Assembly (NCBI GenBank): GCA_950097015.1
Contig: CATNEN010000025.1
Location: 8,122,001-8,186,000, forward strand
DNA: 64,000 nt
Direction of reading: 5' to 3'
Origin: Macrostomum hystrix
Taxonomy: Eukaryota; Animalia; Platyhelminthes
Shown here: one piece after another, positions 48,080 through 58,600 of the stretch
Position numbering within the stretch: the first letter of the stretch is position 1
How the letters are laid out: each line of letters starts with the position of its first letter
Translations under genes and position numbers: made by a program
Notes under the pieces: model-generated
The model's input: only the letters and a program-made list of their open reading frames with translations
What the model was told of the DNA's origin: nothing
The model's database searches: none

Positions 48080-51000
48080 TAGACGAGCCAGCTCCAGTGC
48101 CAACCGTCGTCGACGGTGAAAACGGTGGCTACTTCAGCTTCGATCTTATGTCCACAAATGAGCACATTTTGCATTGCGAGGTATGAACATATTTAAACAA
48201 AAATATTATTTGCTATACCTTTTTTCTGCGTAAGTTTTTGACTTCCCCAAAAATCACAATCATTTTCTTTTTATCCGTTATCTCTCACTCTCTTTATCGC
48301 TAACTTTGCATGTCACTCCATTTAAATTACCCCTACTATCTGTCACTATCTGTCACTCCTCTTATCTGTCACTCCTCATATCTGTCACTCCTCTTATCCG
48401 TCACTACTCATATCTGTCACTCCTCTTATCTGTCACTCCTCTTATCCGTCACTCCTCTTATCTGTCACTCTTATCTGTCACTCTTATCTGTCACTCCTCT
48501 TATCTGTCACTCCTCTTATCTGTCACTCCTCTTATCTGTCACTCCTCTTATCTGTCACTCCTCTTATCTGTCACTCTTATCTGTCACTCTTATCTGTCAC
48601 TCCTCTTATCTGTCACTCCTCTTATCTGTCACTCCTCTTATCTGTCACTCCTCTTATCTGTCACTCCTCTTATCTGTCACTCCTCTTATCTGTCACTCCT
48701 CTTATCTGTCACTCCTCTTATCTGTCACTCCTCTTATCTGTCACTCCTCTTATCTGTCACTCCTCTTATCTGTCACTCCTCTTATCTGTCACTCCTCTTA
48801 TCTGTCACTCCTCTTATCTGTCACTCTTATCTGTCACTCTTATCTGTCACTCCTCTTATCTGTCACTCCTCTTATCTGTCACTCCTCTTATCTGTCACTC
48901 CTCTTATCCGGCACTCCTCTTATCCGTCACTCCTCTTATCTGTCACTCCTCTTATCTGTCACTCTTATCTGTCACTCCTCTTATCGCTCACTCTTATCTG
49001 TCACTCCTCTTATCGCTCACTCTTATCTGTAAATTGTCTAGCCCGTTCTCTCATTTCGATAGTTTTAATTCTCGTTATCAATTCTCAATCCTTTCAATGT
49101 CACTCCGTACATACAGCTACTTAGGATTAGAATTTTGAAATGGCAGCATCCCCATGTGTGCTCAATTAGGAGAATTCTGTTCCGAGCACGATTCCATTAA
49201 AGGCAGCGAAAATAAAATGAAAATGAGGAAGAAATTTGCTTCGCAGCTTAAAGCGGGGAAGCTCACGAGATGCGGGGGATGAAAAAAATGGGAGAGAGGA
49301 AAAATATGTGAGTTCATGTGCCAAGCGGATTAGAGGAAGAACTTTCGTCGCTATTCCACCTGTCCCAGTCTAATCTATAGACCTGGCTGGCAGGGCTGAG
49401 ATAGCGACAGGGAGTCATGGATCAGGATTAGAAAGGCAAGGAGGAGATAATGATGGGGCAGCGAGAGGCTGGGCAAGCCTTTTGGGAAGCCCGCAGAGAA
49501 GAAGATTGAAGGGATTTGAATCAGTCAGTCAATCAGTCAGCCAGTAGGATTGCTCCCTCACCCTAGTCGTTATCCTGACCCTAGATCAACTCTCGCACAC
49601 GAAATGATGAAAGTATGGATTTATTACACATACATATATATATATAAATCGAAGACCCCCTGCATGCTCGCATTACCATTCAGAAACTAAAATAAATGAG
49701 AGTATGAGCTGGAGGTTAGAATTAAATAGAATACTATCGGGTGAGGACAAAAATAATTATCCTAGGTGGGTGTGAGCAGGGAATAATCCATCAGCTAAGG
49801 GATCAGAACTGACAGCCGCACTACTCAGCCCCGCAAACTGGTTTAACCGAAAAAAAATTTACTGAAGCAAATTAGACTAATCAAAATCCCATATTTCCAG
49901 TAAAACTCACCTGCTACACCGGCCCCAATACCCAATTTCAGCAGTCCTAGCTCAGTGGGCTGTCAGGGGCCATTTCCTGAGTCCATTATTAAATTGCCGC
50001 TGAGTCTCTCACCGGCCCGGGAAAAAGAAACAAAAAAATACTTCCTGTGGATTCTGGAGCAGAGATTTTTTTGCTGTGCGTGTCAAAAGCCCGGAAAAAA
50101 CGAAGCTTAGTTAGCGTCGGTCTGTCATTCCGCTTTCCCTCTAATTGGGATTCAAATTACTCAAGGGCCTCTCTTTTTATCTAAGGCGTCTAATTTTAAC
50201 ACCTTTGAGTGCCACCTTGCCTTGTCCTCCTATTTCTCTTTGATGCTTTCCTGTCTATTTTGTCGCGAGCGGCCTAAATAGCAAATCCAATGCAGATATA
50301 ATGACTCAGTAGGTTCATGCCTGCGTTTAACATTCAATATTGCTGAACAGCTACAAGAAAGGCAACTTAAAAAGAGGCTTAGAATAGTTATCAGATTTAA
50401 GCGCTTAAGCTTTTGCGTGGAGTAAGTGATTCTAAACACAGCAACGATATCGTTGACCAATCAGCTAACAACCGTTTAGCAAAAATTAGACCGGGTGACT
50501 CATAATAATCTATTCAATCCCAACATCGCTGGCCAATCAGCGCACAGAAAAGTTCTCAACAAGTTTCTATAAATAGATTCCGCAATAATAAATAAAGTGA
50601 CTCATTTTTCACCCACTCCAAACATTTGGCATCGCTGGCCAATCAGCGCGCAGCAAAGTTCTTAGCAAGTTTCTATAAATAGATTCTACAAAAATGAATC
50701 AAGTGAGTCACTTTTCATCCACTCCAACTCTTTAGCATCGCTGGCCAATTAGCGCACAGCAAAGTTCCAAAGAAGTTTCTGTAAATGGAAATCACAAAAA
50801 TGAATTAAGGAATCCAATTCACCCACCCAACCCCTTAAAAATCGTTGTCCCATCAGCGCGCCGGAAAATATCTTAAAAAGACCAACCTTTTAATCCCACA
50901 GCTGATCAGGTGGATTGTGACGCAAGTGGATGCACTTTTCCGACTTCACGCGGTGAAAGCTACGGGAAGCGAACCGTCAGAAGTTCTCGTCTCACCCGGC

Positions 51001-52644
51001 GGTCTGGTGTTCGGCTTCAGGCCCTGGGAGCACATCTACTCGGTTGGCAAGCTGGGAAAGGCGCCAAACATTCCACTGTACAATCCCTACGGGAAGTACA
51101 TTGTACGACTATTCTGGCTGGTGAGTTTGATGGGTTAAATTTTGGTCATCAACAAAGATCGCAAAATTGAAATGAACTGATTTGCAGGGCCAGTGGCGGA
51201 AGATCTACGTGGATGACAGTCTGCCGTTGGACGAGAACGACAAGTGCCTGCTGCCCATGACAACCCGGCCTTTGGAGCTGTGGCCAGCTCTCCTTAGCAA
51301 AGCTCTAATTAAAGTAGCAGCTCTAGAGTAAGCTCATTAATAAATTCCTACTGTTTCATCTTCAGTAGAGCTACTGATGAAAATATTGGCAAATAAATGA
51401 CTGGAATTTTCAATGGCCTCAAACAGCTATGGAGGCGGCAGCGGAACACAAGAGTTTGGCGACTTCAGCCCGATCCACTGCCTCACCGGCTGGCTGCCGC
51501 AAACCATTGCTGTCAGGTGATTTTTCCCCTGGGCGAAATTCACGATTGCTTTCAAACCGAATGACCGATTTTCATGAAAGTCCAGGTTGAATATTTTAGG
51601 AGTCTAATAAATAATGTGATTATTTGAAATGCCACGTAGTCTTTCTACCGTTAACGGATAATGCCCAACTTGAAGTAGTCAGGAAGTTAACAATAATGTT
51701 TTCAACACTCTTTAGAAAGGAGAGCTGCGAAAAATTGTGGCAGCTTCTGCAGAGAATTCTACCCAAGTGGAAGCCGCCAGAGATTAATAATAAAACTGCT
51801 GCGGAAGAGACAGTAAAACCTGACGGATTGGTAAGATTGCTGATTGATTAGAATTTAGATGGATTAATTTTCTACCCCAAACTTTCCTGTGATTGGCTGA
51901 GAAAATTCTTTCTCGTACTTCTACCCCGAACTTGCATCTCATTGGCCGAGAAAAGTCCTAATTACTTTTACCCCAAACTCGTCTCTGATTGGCTAATAAA
52001 ACTTTGCATCATTAACACTAAGTTTTTGCTTATTATTTATCACTTATTTGCGCCCCTACAGGCACAGGAACAGTCAGACAAGCTACATGCTTCAGACAGC
52101 AAACCATCGGTCAAGATAAGTTCTGACGGCAAAGCAAAAGGCAAATCAACTGCTTATTATAATATCAAATATGCATCATAATAGTAGAAACCAGTGTAAC
52201 AAATTTCTGATACATTTTTTATTAGGCAAGGAAGACAAGAAGCCGACTAGAAGTGAAAAAAATAGTAAGTGTAAATCTCTTCGATGCCCCTACTGATTAC
52301 CTCGATGACCTCCCAAATAACCAACTCTATGACCTCCCTAAATGACAAGCTATATGAATTCAAACCTCTCTGAACTTAACAATAATAATAATACTTTCTG
52401 GATGGCTGTGGACAATGGAGCATCATTTGGTGACACTAGACCCGCAGCCAGCGAGGAGGCAATTCTGCCCATTTCGCTGACTCCGCGGCTGCGACTTAAA
52501 TGAATGTGGCCTCGCCGCGGAATCGAGCTTAGGGACCTTTGGTGCGAGAGGCAAACGTGTTAGACCGCTCTGCCACTGACCACCCCTCACTATCTGACCT
52601 TTCTACTGAAAACGATCTTCAACTTTCTAGAAGAAGACCCATCT

Positions 52645-52681
<37 letters not shown>

Positions 52682-55600
52682 GTCCAGAAACTGTCGTATT
52701 CGCTTCTTTTTACGACGCTAGCCGACGCCAACCGCTCCTGCTGGCCTCCCTAGCCGACGGCGCCGACAAAAGCGAACGATTACGGCAGCACGGCCTGTCG
52801 TACCTGTTGAGCCACCCGGTGCTGCTCGCGCAGTGCCGGTCGCAGCCGCTGAAACCGTTGCCCGGCGCGCCTCCGCCGCCTCCGCCCTGGCAGTTGATCC
52901 GGCCGCGCCCCGGCAAGCAGAATTTGCCGACCAGTGAACCGACAGCTGTTGATGGTGGACACGATGGACCAGTGGAGGACGAGGAAGAGAACTCGAACTC
53001 GCCAATTCGAGCTGTGGAGATCGTGTCACCGTTCATTGGCTACAAGGTTGGTAAATTGAATCGCATTTCAAGTTATTCAACCGCCTTTGGATTTCTGTTA
53101 GATGTCTATGGGCTTAAACTATTGGATGAAAAAAGGATATTGAAGGAATGAAATCTCGACGAAGCAAGATTTTGAAGCAAAATGGGATTTCAACTCGATC
53201 TATGGAATTGCAGGAAAAATTCTCGACAAAATGGGATTTCGAAGATTATCGGAAGATTCGATACGAAAAAAAGGATTTTTACAGAAATTGATTTAAAAAA
53301 TTGATTTCGAAAAAATGTAAATTAGCTAAATGGGATTTTGCCAAACTGGGATTTCGACAAAATGGGATTTAGACAAAAGATATTTCGAAAAATGTGACTT
53401 CGGCAAAAGTGTATTTAAAACAATAGAGCTTTGAAAAAATGGGATTAAGAAAAATGATTTAAGAAGTAGTAACGATTTTCAAGTAGGGTAAAGTACGGTT
53501 TTAATGAATTTATCACTCAATTCGCGCATCTGACAGGTGAGCGCCGAACCTATGCCAAATCGTATAACTAGTCGTCCGGTGTCGTCGCTGAGTCGCCGAT
53601 CGACACGTCGTGAGTTGTCCAGTCGTCTGTACATCGGCGAGTCGGACTTCGAGACAACTGGCCAGCTTCCGCCGCCACCGCCGCCTCCGCCACCGCCGCC
53701 TCCGCCACCGCCGCAAGCTCAGCCCTCCGCCAGTGTAGAAAAATCTGTTGTAAGAGACACGAAAAAATTTTGATTTTAAAAAGAAAAAATCATTCAATGA
53801 GCATACTCACTCATCCATAAAAATGTCTGCAGACACTCCTGTTGCCGCAGCAGCAGCGAATTAGAAAGAATTCACGTGCGTCGGTAAGGCATTCCTTAAT
53901 GTTTACTGCTGCAAAATCATTTTCAATAATCCCAAGATTTGATAATACCAAGATTCGATTATCCAAAGATTCGATAATCTTAAGATTTGCTAATCCTAAG
54001 ATTCGATAATCCCAAGATTCGATAATCCCAAGATTCGATAATCCCAAGATTCGATAATCCCAAGATTCGATAATCCCAAGATTCGATAATCCCAAGATTA
54101 GATAATCCCAAGATTCGATAATCCCAAGACTCGATAATCCAAAGATTAGATAATCCCAAGATTCGATAATCCCAAGATTCGATAATCCCAAGATTCGATA
54201 ATCCCAAGATTCGATAATCCAAAGATTAGATAATCCCAAGATTCGACAGTCCAAAGATAAGATAATGCCTAGATTCGATAATCCCAAGATGCGATAATCC
54301 CAAGATTCGATAATCCCAAGATTCGATAATCCCAAGATTCGATGATCCCAAAGTATAATAGATGCTTAAAATCTAGATTCTATAGTGTCTAATTTTAGGA
54401 TCTCATTATCAAATTCCATGAATACAGAAGTTGCAACCCAAAAATCTGTGCCAGTTTTTCTTCCCAATAAACTGTTTTAGCCCAACGAAAAGGCCGCTGT
54501 GACTGGGTTGGCGACAAAGCCAGTGCCGAATGGCGGCAAATTGACGACTTCGGGTGGCCTTGAGTCGTCGAAACTCCATGCGGATTCGAAGGATCCTCTG
54601 GCTGAGGCGGCGGCTGCCTCTGCGGCTGCCTCTGCCGCTGCTGCTGCGGCTGAGGCCGAGCAAGAAAAGAAGAAAAAAAAATGGCTGACTATGGACGAAC
54701 TTTTGGAGTGCTTTCAGTGAGTTTATTGATTCAAAATCTGCCTTCATTAGTTGAATGACTATAAAACACTTTGAGTCTCAGGTTGCGAAATGAGACCCTG
54801 TGATTGGAATTGAGACCCTGTAATAATAATAATTAATAATTGCAGGAGGGCTGCGGGCAATGGCTTATCATTTGGTGACACTAGACCCGCAGCCAGCGAG
54901 GAGGCAATTCTGCCCATTTCGCTGACTCCTGAGCACACACGCACACAGATACTGTACGCAGGCACACGCTCACACAGGTGTGTACATCTGCCCTGACTTT
55001 CTCATCGTCAGGCAGTTACACTCTCACTGTGCCTTAGAGGTTGGCCCTCAACGGCGTAAATTGCACGACAAGCCCCCAAGCCTTCTCTCCGCGGCTGCGC
55101 CCCAAATAAATGTGGTCTCGCCTTGGAATCGAACTTAGGGACCTTGGTCGAGAGGTAAACACATTAAACCGCTCTGCCACTGACCCCTAATTGAAATTGG
55201 AGTTGAGACCGAGACCCTGAGATTTGATGTGAGACCCTGAGATTTGATGTGAGACCCTGAGATTTGATGTGAGACCCTGATATTTGATGTGAGACCCTGA
55301 GATTTGATGTGAGACCCTGAGATTTGATGTGAGACCCTGAGATTTGATGTGAGACCCTGAGATTTGATGTGAGACCCTGAGATTTGAATTGAGACCCAGA
55401 GATTTGATGTGAGACCCTGAGAGTAGATGTGAGACCCTGAGATTTGAATTGAGACCCTGAGATTTGAATTGAGACCCTGAGATTTGAATTGAGACCCAGA
55501 GATTTGATGTGAGACCCTGAGAGTAGATGTGTGACCCTGAGAGTAGATGTGTGACCCTGAGATTGATGCAAGACCCTGAGAGTAGATGTGTGACCCTGAG

Positions 55601-58600
55601 ATTTGAATTGAGATTCTAAGAATGAGGGAGATGAGAAGCTGAAGAGAAGCTGAGAAATTGAGACTCCAAGATTTTGTGATCTGATGGTATGAAACATTAG
55701 TTCTTGTTAGCATTGATTTATATTTATAAAGTTATCAGCAAAATAAAAAACATGTCATTCCTTCATTACAGCTGCATCCATGTCTATCACAAAGTGAGCA
55801 GTTATCAGTTCAAGCACACGTTCACCGATCTAAGAGTAAGCATCTACTAACTTCGCTTTTGGGAAAAATCACGGGTATTTAAATGTGAACCAAAATGGAT
55901 TAGCCATAGAGGTTCACACAGTGGCGGCGCAGCACCTCCAGCTGGGGGGCGGTGGTTGGGTGGTCACCCCCCCCGGCCACCAAAAAAAAAAGGTCTCAGG
56001 TGACCACCCCCATGCCCCATGGGGTGACCACACTTTTGAAAAAATATGGTAAAGTACCAATTTTTTTTAAGTGGGTGGTCACCCCCTGAGGGTGGTGAGG
56101 GTGGTCACCCGGGGGCAGCCCGCCCCCCCCCCCCCGCCCCCCCCCTGCGCCGCCACTGGGTTCACACATAGCAATGTTAGTTGCCCTTGTCACCAGGGTC
56201 TTTGACAAGAATCGCTGAGTATGTTAGAAATTTAGTTCATCATAATCATAAGCGGAAAATTTTGATCCAAATGATGGAACTTAACGAAAATCAGTCATTC
56301 GGTTCGGGAGCAAATCGTGAAGTAGGCAGTGGGTATTTGAAATACCCTGTGGTCTTTCCCCAGGGTAAAAAAGCGTGTTTAAGCATGTTTAACTGTAACC
56401 GATACCAACAGAGCATTGCGCCCTCGTCAGCAAAGGATGCCACACCAAGCAAAAAGGCAGTGGCCAGCGGCAGCGGCGGAGTTGTAAGTCAACGATTTAA
56501 AAAAATAATGACTAAAAATGGTTGAGGAGACACGAGTATAAAAATAATTGCAGTCACCAAACTTGCTGTGCTAATTAAAGTAGAAATATGAGAATGCGTA
56601 TGACTTAAATTAATAAAATGATCCTTTAGCAGGCGCACAGCGACCGGGATGATCGTAGCAGCACTCAAGGACCCATCTACCTGTTCGTAGACTCGCTAGC
56701 GCCAACTGAGATCATCCTGAGCATGTCTGTGCTCAGCCGATGGCCTGAGACCTACTCGGCAGTCAATGCTGCTAGTTCTTCTGCCAGAGTAGGCGGAACA
56801 TCAGTTGTCGCCGACGAGGCAATCAACTCGATGGTTGGGACTACAGCGAAGCCGAAGGATCAGCTGGTACCCGGAAGCTGCGTTGCTGGTACGAACCATA
56901 TAAATGTAATCGGATATTTCTATATTTCTGGTTCGATGTGAAATCAGATGGTTCTATGTGAAGTCAGATGGTTCGATGTAATTCATGTCTAAGCTTAGTT
57001 TCTTCTATTCTGCCTGCAGAGCAGCACAGCTGGAAGTCCTCCCGCCTCGGTCAACAGTTCAAGCGACTCCGCACAACGGGCACCAAGGCGATGTCACTTC
57101 AGCTGCCGGCCGGACGGCACACTCTGCGCCTGTCCGCCCGAGCTCCTGCCGCATTCGTCTGCTGCTTGGCTTCGGCCAGCGAATTCTTCGCCGGCACTGA
57201 GGAGGAAATTCTGCCGCTGTTGAAGTCGACCCCAGTGCGTCAGCAGCAATGGGCCACCAGTTTCAGTCGGGCTCTAGCTGAGCTAATCGACGTGTTTGAC
57301 AGCGAAGAGAAGATCGGCGTCAATCTGTCCAAGGCCGAAACGGCTCTGTGGCGTCTCCATGGAAACGACGCCAGCGTCGGACGTCCCAGAGAGCGTCGAC
57401 AACATCGAGAGAATTTCAGAGCTGTCATGTACGACCTGCTGGGCCGGGCGCTGGAAGGGGCGCCATTTGACGAGGCCGCTGAGTCCGTGCTGGCCTGGAG
57501 GTTGCTACTGTGCGACCCCGCGACACCCAATCCGCTGCACCTCGGGTTTCGACAGCTGAGGCCCGGGACGGCTCGGAGTGAGTGACGTCATTGACGCTAT
57601 TTGTTAATTAATAATTAATTGTACTCGTATAATAATTAATCAATGCAATATTAATAGCCGACATGGCTACATGGTGAAACTTTGTGAGCAGAAAAACGAA
57701 GCCTTTTTCGGTCTTTGAATCATAAAATAACTCGCCGATGCCTATGTTATTTGACACGGGAAGTTGTTTCATCGGCTTTTGCAGAAAATTTTAGCCTGGG
57801 TTCTGGGTTTTCCTGGCAATTGGTGAAATATTTTGGAATATTCGAGTAGAAAGAAAGAAAATGTGGGTATTTAAAATGGCCGCCATGGTTTTTTTACTGT
57901 CAAAAGAAAATTTATATACGAGTTCTACCAAAAATTGGCCAATTTCGAGTTCACAAAAGCACCTGCAATTTGCCTGGGCCGCGCAGAGTCGTCGGGTGTC
58001 CAGCTGGCGCAGCCGACGCCGCAGCCGACGCCGCATCCGACTGGTCGAGGCCGCGGGAAACAACAAGCCGCAGCCGCCGCAGCCGCCGCAGCCGCAGCAG
58101 CCGCAGCGGCCGCTCACGAAGCCGAGCACTCGCCTGAGCTGGACTTGCTTGAAAGTGCGTTTCGCTAAAAACAAAACTTTTTTCGAGCATCCCTCCCAAG
58201 ACAAGACTTGAACGCCTTGAAACTCAATATTCAAATTTCAACATCCGCAATCAGGGCTAGAGCGGGACCCGGACAGCTGGCTCAATCGAGCACCAACACC
58301 GGCGGACCATCTGGCAGCCGTTCGTCTGCAGCGGTGCTGGCGTGGTGCCCGAACTCGCCGGCTGTTGCGAGTCAGACAAGGCGGCGGCTCGCAGCCTGAG
58401 ACGCGCCGCGCCGTCGAACGACTGCGTCGCGCCTGGCGCCGAGTTGAATCGATTGGCGCCGAGGAGCTGAGCCTGCGCCTACTCCGCCAACTCATCGCCA
58501 TCCAGCCCGATGGGACACCGACGCTGCCGTTGCTGCCTCTGGCCCAGGACCAGGCCGGTCGAGCCGCTTATCGGGACTTTTTCGGCGCCTGCCCGGAGCA

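Noticed and set aside
47309-48119. Poly-Ala, poly-Leu and poly-Thr ORFs overlapping ADGB exon 4
   Set aside because: Alternative frames or the antisense of the CAG/CAA tract; only the Gln frame carries conserved ADGB motifs on both sides.
57791-58234. Alternative-frame and antisense ORFs around ADGB exons 18-19
   Set aside because: GC-rich shadow ORFs of real exons.
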